Origin: Octopus vulgaris
Lineage: Eukaryota
Reading direction: 5' to 3'
DNA length: 64,000 nucleotides
NCBI GenBank assembly: GCA_951406725.2
Contig: OX597821.1
Coordinates: 25,544,001-25,608,000 of the forward strand
Shown here: positions 13,075 through 27,404 of the stretch, one piece after another
How positions within the stretch are numbered: position 1 is the first letter of the stretch
How the letters are laid out: each line of letters opens with the position of its first letter
Position numbers and translations under genes: made by a program
Notes under the pieces: model-generated
Database searches by the model: none
Seen by the model: only the letters and a program-made list of their open reading frames with translations
What the model was told of the DNA's origin: nothing

Positions 13075-13545
13075 CATTCTTCTACATTTTGAGTTACAAT
13101 CCTGCCACAGTTAACTCTGCCTTCAAATAAAGTACCAGTCAAACACTAGGGTCAAAGTAATTGACTTGCTCCCTGCCCCAAAAAATTTGGAAGAATTATT
13201 ATTACGACAGAGGTAAGCAAGATGGCAGAATCATTAGAATGCTTGACAAAATGCTTAGAATTTCTTCCATCCTTACAATTTGAGTTCAAATTCCACAGAG
13301 GTTCACTTTGCCTTTCAGGGTTGTTAAAATAAGTAGAATAACTTCTGCCTCTCTTCAAAATTGCTGGCCTTGTGCTCAAATCTGAAAGGGCTATTATTGT
13401 TGCGACAACAGGATGGGAGATGTAGTAGAGCACAAAGTTAAATACTTTGCCATTAGTTTCCTTAAGTCTATGTTCTGAATTCAAATCCTCTAACAGTAAT
13501 CAACTTGGATCTTTCATCCCACAAGGGTCTATAAAATACACATAT
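13075..13545 (+). mobile_element. Cluster of three degenerate SINE family S1 copies
   Basis: Repeated gagttcaaat(t)cc...tgcctttca...taagta(c/g) motifs with att-rich tails. Confidence 0.6.
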
Positions 13546-15164
13546 ATCATGTTCCTGCCCTATGCAAGCAGATCAACAAACAACTCTTGGTGACTTCTTT
13601 CACCAGTTGTAAGTGCTAGTCATGAAATTTTCATGGAGGAATATAAAAGTGCTTCCCCATGGCCTGCCTTTGGATATTTTTTTTTTTTTTTACAAGACAC
13701 CATTTGTCAGTTAGATACCTGCAAGTTTGTCACACCTGCATAGACAAACAAGCCAGAACAACAAAGCATTTTGATTAAAGCTCTAACAAGTTTGCTTGTC
13801 TACTACTTCAAACTGGCGCTGTACTGTATTGGCCCTCAAGAAAGATGAAAGGCAGGACTTGAACTTGGAATATAAAGCACTAGAAGAAATACAAGCTCAG
13901 TGTACTAATCTATCTCCATCTGTCATACTGTTATCATCCTTTACAAACTAGTAGCGTTATGCTAACATAATTAATTAATTTATTAATTATTTTGAAATCT
14001 AATACATATTTAAAAGATAACTGTCATCTTGAAATAAAAGTTATTCACACACAATAATAATTTTAAATTGTTGCACAAAAGCAAGACAAATTTGTAACAA
14101 GTTTAATTCAATGAGATTTCTCTACAAAACTTGTATTCTTACTGTGAAGTATTTAGTAGAATAGAAGCTCCCTGTAGCCCTAGCAGCGACATAACCAGGT
14201 TGTTAGCTACATTGAACAATATGATATAGACTAGCCAGATTAAGTATTTGTATATACAATAGGAACTTGAGACCACTGCTATAATCATCACTGTTACTAT
14301 TACAAATTAATTAGAAACTGGTAAGCAAATTCTAATAAATTATGAGGAATTTATTCACTACTAGTTACTATTTGTAAATATAAAAAATGTACATATAGAA
14401 GGAATTAGGTTTTTTCAAATCAAGATTCAATCATCCATTCTAATAAGACTTTGCCACAAAGAAAACATGAACTGTAGCAACACTAGATATTTACCATTCA
14501 TCAGAAAAACTTTTTTTAAATTATCTAAATTTAGTCCTTCATTAATGTTAACAAAAGATTAATTTAACATATAATAATAAAATCAGGACAGGAAGTTTTG
14601 ATTTAAATATGCACACATCTTAAAAGGAAAAGTTTTGACCATAGAACCAGAGGGGAGTTGGTCAGATGGTCACTATTATCATATACGATGATATTCATGT
14701 TTATTTACTGATCTATGAGAGGCTATAGAAGTTTCAGTGAGAGAATGCAAAAGTTTCAGGTACATGTGTTACATTTGATGTCTAAGCATTCTACAGTGTA
14801 ACACCATCATCAGCAATAGTCTCTAATTATTCCTCCCATAATGGAATAATGGCACTGCACAAAAAAGTTATCAAAAGGGAAAAATAATTTGTCAGTTATA
14901 TGTAATTTCTTTTTTTTTTTTCTTTTTTTTTCAATTTGAGTACCAGCAGCAGTACCAATTGACACCATAGGACTTCGACTGGGGGGGGGGGGGGTCCCAT
15001 GCATATATTTACTGTAGAATAGGCTCCACTCAATAATCAGGTATTTTCTCTAGCAACACAGCTTCAATAATACAGTTTACATTGTAATTTATCAAAATGA
15101 CTACAACAATTTTAATATCAGTACACTGTACCAAAAAAACTCCATGACTCCAGAATTGAAATAT

Positions 15165-15372
15165 GTTTCAAATTCTAGCACAATGCCAGCAATTTCAGGG
15201 GAGGGGATAAGTCGATTACATTGACCCCAGTATTCAACTGGTCTTTATTTTATCAACCCGCGAAAGGATGAAAGGCAAAGTTAACCTCATCAGAATTTGA
15301 GCTCAGAATGTAAAAATGGACAAAATGCCACTATAAATTTTGCCCAGATCCTGCAAGTTTTGGTACCTTAAG
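15165..15372 (-). mobile_element. SINE family S1 copy
   Basis: gattacattgaccccag...gaaaggatgaaaggcaaagttaacctc..gaatttga matches the copy at 58754-58980 and the 48-kb array. Confidence 0.75.
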
Positions 15373-15522
15373 AATTGAAATACCAAAATTAGAATTTATC
15401 AGGGAAAGGGGAAAAAACGTTCAAAGATATATAAGTTGTTATTCCAATTCATCATTATAGTTTTAACACAAATAAATTTTATTGCAATAATAAGTGTGCA
15501 TAACATAACCCCTAAAGTTGAT

Positions 15523-15717
15523 TTAACCCTTTCTGATGAAACACACTGACCTTCTTCCAATTAATTTGGAAAACAATGGAGAATTTAGCAAAATAACATT
15601 ATCAAACTGGTGTTTGTAACATAAAATTTTGATGGGAAGATTCAGATCACTTTAAAACAGGAAGTTTGAACCATAGAATCAAAAGGGGTTTCAGGCAGGC
15701 TGGTAACAAAAGGATCG
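15523..15717. mobile_element. TTAA MITE family B
   Basis: ttaa|ccctttc start, internal gatcactttaaaacaggaagtttg, end ggctggtaacaaaagg. Confidence 0.6.
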
Positions 15718-18249
15718 ACCAAACCAAATCACCCAGTCTTTTCCAGATCTATTTTGACCATTATTCACAGATTTTATTTAATCTAAACTTGCTACATCAG
15801 TATTTTTTCACAAACTTTCATTTTATATACTGCTGAGGTTCTTTCAATAAATAAAACATTGAGCCAACAGAATGAATCTAAAACTGCCACCTGGTGACAA
15901 CTTACATGTATGTTTTTTTAGGCAAGTACAGAGATCAGACATCTTGTTAGGGAGGTGGTACTAAAAATTCCATACAGATCTTACTCCTGCTTTTTCCTTT
16001 AACTCAAAAGCAACAAAGTATTATGACCAAAATGAAAACTTTACATTAAAGAAGATGTGAAAAAGAAAAACGACAGAGTACAAAATATTTTAACAAAGCC
16101 CATTATATAATAAGTCTATGATCCAGTGATCATGTCAGCTAAATGCTGTGTTATATGAAAGACACTACTTGATCCTCCGTTGCTATCTCTCTAAAAGAAG
16201 CAAAAATAAATTATCAATGAATAATTTATAATGATTAGTTGACAACAAAGACAGTTGGAATGGTCAGTGACCTCTAATGAAGCCTGATGTTACAAACTAG
16301 ATATATGTAACTGATTATATAACAATATGACACAAGACAGCCTAGCCTGTTGCTGTCATCAAGATAACAGAAGACATCACACTGGACAGTATTTGTGCCA
16401 CTATATTTGGGACGATACAGTTGTACAGAAATGGCCCTGTGGCTAAGAAGTTTGCTTCACAACTGTTTGATAGAGTTGCATGGCAACTTAGGTAGGTGTC
16501 TTCTCAATAGCTTCTAGTTGACCAATACTCTGTGAATGGAATTTGACAGATTTATTATTCTGTATACAGCTTTTACTATCAGTCAGTCCCTTTGTTCCAT
16601 GTTGACTGGCTGGAGAACACAAGGATTTTGGAACCTTCCAACAACATCTAGTCTATCACTGATCAGTAGCATTGATGTTCCTTGGAAATATCAATTCCCT
16701 TTTAGCTCATACTGTAACACCCCCCCCTCTCCATTATTTTTTATGCAACCACCACAGCAAACTGGGTGCAGTTGAAACAAGTCCAACCACATAGTAATTA
16801 ATTTGTCCCGCAAGTTGCTGAGCTTGATCTCGCCCATCCCACCCAGTTTTGGTCTTTCCCATTTACCTTTATCATATCCATGATGAAGAATTTTATGCTT
16901 CCTTCACAAGTTTACAAACCACTGCATTTAAGGAGAAGTCAGGTAGGGCATTGTAGACCTTAATTCTATGTGAAGTATGTGGATGATACTGCACACTTTT
17001 GTGCTCCCACTTCACACAATTCCCTCAGCCCTTCATATTCCCTCCTAATGCATCATCACTCAGCAATCTGGACTTTTCTTGTCAGTTTGATCATGCAACT
17101 AAAATCAGGAACTTGCTTCCTGATTGCAATATGGCTAAGGAACATGAGCAAAGCCACATAGCCTTCACCTCAATCTGCACCTTTTTTGTCATTGGCAGTT
17201 TTCTTTTGCCCTTTTTGTAGAAAACAGGATGCAACTTAGTGTTAACTATCACTGACACTGATGCATTGTTATTTTTAGTGCATTTATAATGATACCCAAG
17301 ACTTGGTTATGGCACCAAATATACTCTGCACAAGAGGGCATACATAGCCTTTGTACCAATGATTATCAACAGTGCTGCTCTGAATCTCCTATCAACTAAT
17401 AATGGCTGAGAATTGAAGTACATCAGACACTGCATGCAAGACTAATCACAACCTAGCTGGTTCCCTTTTCTATATGGTCCGTGACAGCTTCTTTTGCTCA
17501 GCCATCTCCTATGCTGTCTATGCGCAGTGGTTTCCTAACACTACAGCCTTAGTCACATGTAGCTTCCATTCAGTAAGAAAACATCTTTGATCACAATATT
17601 TCATTTGCTTTAATAGTTCTGGTGGGATATTCACATGTTCCACATCAGAACCAGCCCAGCTTGTGTTCTGCACCACAACTATCTCTATGTTTATTCCCAA
17701 GATGATTCCTACCATTCCACAGTTTTTCTCATGATGTAGTTCCTTCCTGTCAACACTTATGGCTAGATCTAAAACTTAAGGTAAAAACATTTGATATCAT
17801 CATCAAAAATTTTTTAACATCCACTTTTCCAAACCTTCACGAGTCAGATGGAATTTGTTGAGGTAGATTTCTACAGCTGGATGCCCTTTCTGTACAGTAA
17901 CTCTCACCTGTTTTCAACTGAAGTAACAATTTCCAGCTTACAAAGAATAAACAGCCCAGACATAGTTACAAGCCCCTTTTGTTTTCAAAGACCAAGCAAC
18001 AGGTCAAGATATGTCAAGAAGCACAGACGTGCTTTCAGAGTCAACTACCAACATCTGACAACCACCTGCATTGACAGCAAAGCTGTTGTTTTGTTTACAG
18101 TCAATGAAAACAAAATATGCATACAGTGCAATGGAATTGGTGCCATCAACAAAGGCACAACAGGATACTGCTTGATATCTAGTATCTATCCTGAGTTCAA
18201 ATACCACCAAAGCCATTGAAATAATTACTAGAGTGAAAAACAAGTTCTT

Positions 18250-18740
18250 CTATTATAGACCCATGGTCAAATTTGCCTATCACCCTTTTGACATCAATAA
18301 AATAAAGTACAGATAAATACATAGAGTGGGGTTGGTATAACTATCTAACTCTTCATGAATTATTGGCCTTCTGCTATTGTAAAAAGATGATTATTATTAT
18401 TATTATTATTAGAATTAAAAACAGGCCACAAATTTCAAGGGGAGGGTTCATTCAATTATATCAACACTGTACTTATTGTATGAACAACTAAATGCACGAT
18501 CGACTCTGAAAGAATTTAAACTCAGAACATAAAAAGACGTTAACTAGGTCTATCATTTCTACCATTCACCACAAGAATTTACACACAAAACTAAGAATTT
18601 TGAGGGCAGGTTGATATACTGTTTTCATCAACTCCAAAACGATGAACAGCAAAATTGACCTTCATAGAATCTGAACTCAGAACAAATAATACAAGACATT
18701 TTGTCTAATGTCCTAATGATTCAGCCAATTAAACTACCCT
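18250..18740. mobile_element. Cluster of degenerate SINE family S1 copies in both orientations
   Basis: One plus-strand copy ends in (att)n at 18390-18410. Two minus-strand copies follow, each containing aactcagaac. Confidence 0.5.
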
Positions 18741-19104
18741 TATAATTGTTCCTAACTTCTACAGGGAGGACCATGTGAAAGCTGTTAGAGCTCTCTTCGA
18801 CCACCCACTCTCAATTTTGGTGTAACTAGGATTCAGCTTGTACCTCACATTCTTTCTTCATCAATTACAGCCATTACATCCAACAATATCCATTCTTAAA
18901 CAAGTTATATCATTCTTCCTTCCTTCGTAACTTTTCCTATCAAAGTTTCATCCACAAGCAACCTAGACACACCTCAAGAATAAAAACCTCAAAAGCATGT
19001 TTCAAAGAGGTCTTACCAATATCTTTCAAAAATGTAAAACAAGTGTAATGTTATCATCCAACCCATCCCTTAAATATCAGTAGCATGATACTACAGCTTT
19101 CAAC

Positions 19105-19600
19105 AATTAGTGATGCTGTTCAACGCTCAGATGGGGTACTGCTCCAACATCTGGGATGGCACAGCTACTGTACAACAGACTTCCTAGATCACATCCCTAG
19201 AAAGCAAGTCATCTGACTGAAGTTGCTAAAAGACATGCTCCACCTCAACTCAAAGGCGTTGTCTCTTCTCTCTCTACCTTTTCGACCACTACTTTAATGT
19301 TATCTGCTTCTCAGAACTTGCTGGTTTTCAGGCCAACTCCATTCAGGCACTCCTGATTCACTTAATTTTTCCTCCTTTCATCACTTCTTTTGTTCCAAAC
19401 CTCCAGTCCTTCAACTATTATGTTCAGCCTTTCCACCTCCCATGGACTGTTGCTCCTCTGGAATTCCCTCCCTGGTGGTCTCTTTCCTACAGCTGTTGAC
19501 TAGCAAAAGTTTTAAGTGATACATTAACTACATTGATTTCATCAGTCATAGAAGACTTGTGAAAACCATGGGCACCGTCCGTCCCTTTCTCCAAGTAAAA
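19105..19600 (+). mobile_element. Degenerate CR1/Jockey-group LINE ORF2 3' fragment
   Basis: Translatable remnants MGYCSNIWDG (19131) and LWNSLPGGLFP (19456) resemble the EYCSHIWGG...LWNSLP..FP C-terminal motifs of this group. Confidence 0.6.
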
Positions 19601-20019
19601 TTTCAATAACAAATAAATATTTCTTCCCATCCAGTGTATGTTTCTTCCATTGTTAAATTTGTATCTACTCTACTGACTTTCTGTTTCAAAGAATACAAGT
19701 TCTGACACCAAACTCTTAGCTAGAACACAACATTTCTGCAACTGTCCCGTCATATTTTGCAATACTCTCACTTCCTTTTAACTGACAGACAAATATTTCC
19801 TCACAGAAACCACATGCTCTTGATCATTCAAAAGTTGTAAATCCAACATTATATGTAAGGTGCTGGAATGGCTGTGTTATTAAGAAGCTCAGTTTGTGAT
19901 TGCATGATTCCAAGTTTGACACCACTATGCAGCACCTATGGCAAGTGGTCAATCTTTCTTCCTCAAACTGACCAATATTTCAAATGGAAAATATGCAGAA
20001 GCCCATTTTATGTACACGT

Positions 20020-20074
<55 letters not shown>

Positions 20075-21281
20075 CATACGATATACACACATAAAATGTG
20101 TGCCGGCTTCTATATTTATATGGATCTAAATAAAACCAATATAATTACTTATGTTTGTGTTTTCATGCACTATAACTTCGCAGTTCAAGTTATTCACAAA
20201 GTTTAGTGTATATAAGAAGTCAATCAAACATGTTCCCAACATTCTTCTTTTTCTTCATGAATTAACAACCAACAATAATTATCACCTCTAATCAGTATAT
20301 AGACAGTACTACCTTTTGCAGTCATCCTACATATGCATCATATCGATATATTGAGGAACAGAGACCTGAAGAACATCGTCCAATGAATAAATGATAATCT
20401 AGTCTATGAATTATCAGAGTTGTTAGAGCATCAAATGAAATAAGTTATAGTATTTGTCAGCTTACTGTGCTCTAAGTTCAAATCCCAGAGATGTCAACTT
20501 TTGCCTTTCATTCTTTCAGAATCAATAAAAAAAAATTTAAAAAGAAAAAAAGAAAAAAAAAGAAACAATCTATAGCTGTAGATTAACAGAATTGTAAGAA
20601 TGTTGGTTCGGAAGCTTTGTGGTTTTTGTTCCAGCTCCTTATATTCTTAGTTCAAATTCCACTACAGCTTACATTTATCACCATCTGATTTAACACTATC
20701 ACCTGACATATTGGGTATCTTTGGCAAAGTCCGGTGTTGCAAGCATTTGGGCCAGGTTTCCAATTTGAGGATATTTTTCTCCGTCCCACCTATGTTGGGC
20801 TAGTAAAAGGTCATGAGTACTGTTTTAATCACTGACTAAAAGATAAAAAAAACTTCAAGATACAATTTACTAAACAGATGAAAATCATAACACCTGTCTT
20901 CCTCATGGCAACACACAAATAAAAACTTTCAGAAACCTCTAGAAATGCTAAGTTTCATCATTTCAGGTCATCTCCCATTGGAACCACTCATCTATAACAC
21001 TGCCAAAAGTGCATCCCTAAGTGGAGACCTCCCTTAATTAAAATAAGAAAATACTTCAGCTCTGATGTGTTACCAATCTAGTCCAAGGTATGTTTAATCC
21101 ACATTTAAAGTACTGTTCACCTATCTGATACTGATCAACTGCTACACACTCACAAACACCTGAGATCATACTTCATACAAATACCCTCCAAATGATTGAT
21201 AAATAAAGTTTCCACTGCTAACTACTGCTCGCTATTACCATAACTACAACAATTTCTGTTCATCTAAGATAACAATATGTA

Positions 21282-22141
21282 TTGGGTCATCCCATAAATA
21301 ATGCGGTTTTTTTTCAATTCCATGAACTAAAAGTTGGAGTGGAATGAGATAAACTACTTGCATCAACTAGCTATAAAAGCAGGTAGTAATTTTACCTTGT
21401 CCTTATTCTTAGTGCAAGTTTTGAAGAGTGCAGTTCAATTTTAACAGTTATAATGGAAGCACATTTGGCATATTTTGCCTTGAGATCAATAAAAGCAATA
21501 ACGCAACAGAAAGTACGAGGAATATTTAATGCAGTACATGGCGAGCAAACAATAAGCATAAGCCAGTGACAATGGTGGTTCCAGAAATTCCAAGCCGGAA
21601 ACAACAGTCGAGAAGATGAGCCTCATCCTGGAAGATCTCTAGAGCTCGATGATGGTGGAACAAAATCCCATCATAACTGTTGAGGAACTAGCAAAGAAGC
21701 TTGGATTTGGTCATTCAAGTCAGCACTAAAGGGAAAACGACCATCTTTGGTTTCATGACAAAAGTTGTTCTATCAGGATAATGCTCAGTCACAAATAGTG
21801 AAGATGACATTCCGAAGATGAGAGTAATTTTAATGGGAAATGATGCCCCACCCACCATATTCACCAGACATTTCCCCATCTGATTATCATTTATTCCACA
21901 GTCTTCAAAATTATTTGGACAGAGAAAAATATGAATTTTGTAGACAAGGTCAGAACAGTACTGAAGGAGTATATTTTATCAGGCAAGTGAATTTTAGAGG
22001 GGTCTTGCAAGTCTGCAAGATGTAACAGCATTGTAGAAAATTAAGGAGAATATATTTTAGATAAAAAAAGAACTTTGTTTATCTTAGTTTTGAAAAATAA
22101 AAGAAGCATTAAAAAACCGCATTATTTATGGGATGACCCAA
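21282..22141 (+). mobile_element. Internally deleted mariner transposon with a non-functional transposase
   Basis: Perfect ~30-bp TIRs ttgggtcatcccataaataatgcggttttt / aaaaaccgcattatttatgggatgacccaa with TA on both sides. Remnants QWWFQKFQAGNNSREDEPHPGRS and HPPYSPDISPSDYHLF. Only 860 bp long. Confidence 0.92.
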
Positions 22142-22509
22142 TATATCAGCTTATGCATGTCATTCCTTCTTTCATCATCTCTATCTCTCACACCAAAAAC
22201 TCACATGTGAAAAACCTCACTCAACCTCAATCCTTAAAAGTGCAGCCCTCCAGAATAGTCTTTTCCAAAAAGCATCAACCCAACAAAAATTCATGCTGAA
22301 TACCAACTGTATCAATCACACCATACTATGTACTGCTGCTCTTGAACTAATAAAAAGAATCACAATAATCAATAATCCTAACTACCAGTTGTCATGTAAC
22401 AAATCTACAATTGTTACATAACTAAAATCACAATATTAAACTTTATCTTTGTTGCTAAACAATTAAACATAACAATATTAAACTCTATAGTTGTGGCATT
22501 TAACACAAT

Positions 22510-22735
22510 TAACACTTTAGCATTCAAATTTCTTTGTCAAATGTAATGCTTATTTAATCACATTGTTTTGAGTTAATCCTGCATTATCTTGTAGCGTCAA
22601 GATTTCTATGATGTGACTACTTATTTCTAGAATGACATTGTAAGGTAGGTGTGAGAAGTTGGATCTAGTCAGTTTTAACATAAAACAGAGAAATTATTTG
22701 GGCCAGATGTGGCCTGATTAAATGCAAAAAAGTGA
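22510..22735 (+). mobile_element. piggyBac-like MITE family A inserted in a degenerate minisatellite
   Basis: ttaacactttagcattc start and family A body. Flanked on both sides by ttgttacat..aacaatattaaac units. Confidence 0.7.
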
Positions 22736-23069
22736 AACTCATTGTTACACACTGAAACTTAATATTTAACTATCAAACTCATGGTTGTTACATAATCCTA
22801 ACAATATTAAACATTATGGTTGTTACAATTAATACATATACTGTTGGCACCTGGTTGATTCTTTTCTCTTTTTTTTTTTTAATAGCTCAGAATAATCATG
22901 GGTAGTCTGCAGTTCGTAAGACTTTCTTAACTGCATGCTAAAGAATAAATATCTTCAGCTTTCTTTTGGTAGTGCAGTCTGGCTGATGTTGAGGCATGTC
23001 TCGTGCGACCCTCTTCTCATAAATGGTCAATCATGCCTGACTTAGAACAAAGACAAGACTCATAACTGA

Positions 23070-23218
23070 AGTTATCCTTCAGAGATATTAATGTTACAAC
23101 TGTTTATTTTTAGAATGAGATGACAGGGTAGGTGTGAGAAGCTGGATCTGGCCAGTTTGAACTTAAAACAGGTAGAATATTTTGGCCATGTATGGCTGGT
23201 GTAAATGCTAATGGGTTC
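23070..23218 (+). mobile_element. piggyBac-like MITE family A, 3' part
   Basis: gggtaggtgtgagaagctggatctggccagtttgaac...aaatgctaatggg. Confidence 0.7.
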
Positions 23219-25061
23219 AGACAAGAAGTAAACACTTTCTAAAAAAAGAGCTACATACAACTGTTCATGACAAGATCCAGTTCATTTCTGTTCACCTTTC
23301 CATGGTGTATATGTTATCAAAGTTATTGATAATGCATTAGTAATGTACACAGCAAATGCTTTAAACAATCTTAACTATAAAATGAAAGCTATATACCAGT
23401 ATACTTGTGTTGTTAAATGTTTTTAACAAATTTTATTACACTATATTGTCATATCAGAGTAAAGTGCATACACTGGACTCAGACTGACAGCCACAGTGAT
23501 CAACTTATAATAACTGCACTACTGAAGTCTGGATACTAAAAAACACAGTGATATATTACACCTCTCCTCTCTCTCACATACACACACATATTGCTGACAT
23601 AATCATTTATAAACTTCATGAGAACATTAGATTAATTCTTTTTTGGAACATTTTCTGTCCCAGGGGTTTTCTGATCCAATATTTACATGATATTATTTAT
23701 AGCTCTGTTTGCTTCAAGACGCACGATTACAAAAATGAATTACATATATTTATATAATGCAATTTAAAGCATTTCTTAGTCAATTGCTTTCTAAATAATA
23801 TAACGTAAATGCTGTTTTTAAAAATAGATTGTCTTCACTTTCATTACATTTCATGGTTTTATCTGACAAATAATACAAATATAATACAATAATTATGTCT
23901 TCAATTCTATACTTAAGAGTTACTTCTAGAGACCATACCAAAAATAATACAACAGGAGATGAAACTAGAAAACAAATCATTGCTTTAGCATAAATGGTAG
24001 AGTATTTATTAAACCAAAAACCCTATAGTATTTTAGGAGTGGCTCTTTCTTGCTTCTAGTGGCCAATAAAATATATACCAGTCATATACACTTTGCGGCC
24101 CCTTTGATCAGCAATATTCCAGTACAGCCCCACTAAATTTGGCAGTGCGCCTAGTCAACAGAAATCAATAGTAGAAAAAGATAGAGAATTGATGCTACAA
24201 GAATCAAATAATTGGTCCATAAGTCAGTGGCTGATAGAAGATTGTATTGATTAAATATGAAAAACTGCAAAAGAAAAAAAAGAAGAAAAAAACTCTCCAC
24301 TATTTCTGCTGCATTTCAAAACAACAGTTTCTAAATGTTATAAAAATGCACAAACACACACAGAGAGGGGGATGGGTAGAGAGATGCACACAAAAGTGTA
24401 TAGACAAAGGATTGGCTATATAGTAAGAAGTTTGTTCTCAACCAGACGGTTTTGCATTCCGACCCACAACATGGCAAATTAGGCAACTATAGCCATAAAC
24501 TGACCAAAACTTACAGTGGACAGACTACAGGGAAATGAAAGGAGCTGATCATATATGCATCTGTGTGTTACTGTCTCCTTGACTTAATTTAGTGTAAGAT
24601 TTCTAAACGAGCAGTGCATAATTGCAGTCTTCCATGCAAATATATCTGGCAATAAAGAAATATCACCTAAATTGAAAACAACTGAGTTGACAACAAGAAG
24701 GACTCTGGTTCTCGAAAATCCATCTTGACAAATTCTATCTATCATGGCGAATGCTGGACAGAAGGGTCACAAAGTAAGGGAGAAAAGAAGATAATAAAGT
24801 AGTGGTGATCCCAAAACAAAGGTGCGCATGCGTGTATATAACAGAGTTTGTACGTACATGTGGAAGGGGACTGCTCATCTTGTTGTGTGTATGTGTAGGT
24901 GCAAAAATGTGGGTCTGGGAAGTGGTCGGTGCTGATGTATGCGTGGTGGTATGTTGTGATGTTATGTGTTGTGTGCTAGGGAAAGCAAGGATGGGGTGTT
25001 TGTTAGGCTGAGGGTGGCGTTAGAGTTGGGGTATGTAGGTAGGCAGAGGGTGGGGTTTTTC

Positions 25062-25628
25062 TTTTTTTTTTTTCTGTAGTTTCAGCTCAGAGCTGTGGCC
25101 AAGCTGATGCACCGCTGTTTTGCTACACTGTTATTACTGAGAGCCTCAAATATTTGGCACATAGCGATGAATGGAGTTTGATGTAGCTACCCTCATTTGC
25201 ACCTGTTGCAGTGAGGTAGGTTCATCTGGGACTCTCGACAGGAAGATGTCCAGCTTGGATTGAAAAACGCTTACATATACTTTGTGCAAGTTCCTCAGGC
25301 TCTTTGGGAGAATATTAAAAAACTGTGGGCCACTGAAAACAAGGCTGTTGCAGTAACTGACCCTGAAGCGCGGTGGCGTTACGGGGATCTTTGACACTAA
25401 GCAATGTCGTCACGGTCTGGCATTGGTCTAGCTTTCAAAGCCAAAATTTGGCACACTTCCTCCAGATGTATATTGCTGCATACCTCTTCCATCTCTCCAG
25501 GGAAAAGAGTCTTAGCTGTTTCAGCCTTTCCCAGTAGCTGAGCATTTGCAAAGAGACAGTCTTCTTTGTGAATCTTCTCTGGATTGCTTCAAGGTCTGCT
25601 GTGAATTTCACACTGGTGAATGACCATA
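25062..25628 (-). mobile_element. 5'-truncated CR1-group LINE: ORF2 C-terminus, 3' UTR and A tail
   Basis: Minus-strand translation DLEAIQRRFTKK..SYWERLKQLRLFSLER, then GPQFFNILPKSLRN..FQSKLDIFLSRVPDEP. Ends gctgaaactacag followed by poly-A. Confidence 0.85.
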
Positions 25629-25699
25629 GCTATGAGCAGTAACCCAGGTGACTGAGGACCAATGTCATCAAGAGGACAAGTGACATCAAAAGGACCACA

Positions 25700-26052
25700 T
25701 ATGTAAGTATATATACAAATATACATACATATATACATACATATATATACATACATACACACATACATATATATACATACATACACACATACATATATAT
25801 ACATACATACACACATACATATATATACATACATACACACATACATATATATACATACATACACACATACATATATATATATATACATATATATACAAAT
25901 GTATATATATACATACATATATATACAAATGTATATATATACATACATATATATACAACTGTATATATATACATACACACATATATATATACATATGTAC
26001 TCATATATATATATACAAACACATACATCTATAGATATGCATACATACACAT

Positions 26053-26089
<37 letters not shown>

Positions 26090-26233
26090 CATACGCATAC
26101 ATTTATATAAACATACACATATATACACCTGCATATATATATATATACATATATATCTGTGCACATATATAGACAAACATATACATACACATACATAAAC
26201 ATATATACATACATATGCCCACACATAAATACG

Positions 26234-26267
<34 letters not shown>

Positions 26268-26628
26268 TATATACGTACACATGGATACACACATATATAC
26301 ATTATTAATTTATGTACATATTATACAGTATATCATCATCATCATCATCATCATTTAGCGTCCGTTTTCCATGCTAGCATGGGTTGGACGGTTTAACTGG
26401 GGTCTGTGAAGCCGGGAGGCTTCATCAGGCCCAGTCAGATATTCCAGCATATCGTCAGTTATTACGACAAAACATACATGCTACAAAGATGATCGTTAAA
26501 CAAAGGGAAATTACTATGAAGTCGACCATTGTTAACACAAACACAAGAGCTATTAGAATGACCGGTAAGTAAAGGGAAAAAAACCAAAAAAAGGGAGAAA
26601 GTAGGAACTGCTCATAGGATTCACATAT

Positions 26629-26662
<34 letters not shown>

Positions 26663-26839
26663 ACATATGCTCACTCACACTCGCATGAAACATATACATG
26701 CCCAAACACACACGTATATGTATACATATATAAGCAACCATACACATGTACACGTATACATATCTGGAGACATGTTAAACACACGTACGTTCACAATTAT
26801 ATTTATATACATATATGTATGCATGTATATATGTATACA

Positions 26840-26870
<31 letters not shown>

Positions 26871-26942
26871 CCATAAACGTATGTACATATATATAAATGT
26901 ATACATACATAAAAATATAATTGTGCGCGTATGTGTGTACAG

Positions 26943-26990
<48 letters not shown>

Positions 26991-27402
26991 ATATATGTGT
27001 GTGTGTATATATATATATATATATGCAGATATTTGTATATAATGTATATATGTATGCATGTACATATACATATATGTATATGTGTGTGTGTGTGTGTATA
27101 TATATGTATATGTATATGTGTATATATATACATATCCATATATATGTATATATCTATGAATATGTATACATACAAGTATATATATTTATATATGAATGTA
27201 TGGCTGTATAATTGTATATACATATGTGGATATATACGTATATATGTATGTATAATTTTATACACATATCCATGTATATATGTATATATACATATGCATA
27301 TATATATATATACATATACAGGTATGTACACATGTGCATATATATACATATATGTATATATGCATATATGCACACATATATATGTACATATACACATATA
27401 TA
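25700..27402. repeat. Compound (TA)n/(TACA)n/(TG)n microsatellite field
   Basis: Directly visible. Interrupted at about 26330-26620 by an RTE-related fragment and unique sequence. Confidence 0.95.
26330..26440 (-). mobile_element. 3' end of RTE-related non-autonomous element, family R
   Basis: (cat)n tail followed by cgtccgttttccatgctagcatgggttggacgg, the reverse complement of 49440-49550. Confidence 0.65.
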
Positions 27403-27404
27403 TG

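Noticed and set aside
16970-17720. KYVDDT motif resembling a reverse-transcriptase active site, in coding-like sequence
   Set aside because: No flanking RT motifs (QG..LSP/LGP upstream, LG downstream) were recognisable. It may be a very old TE relic, but I cannot support a call.
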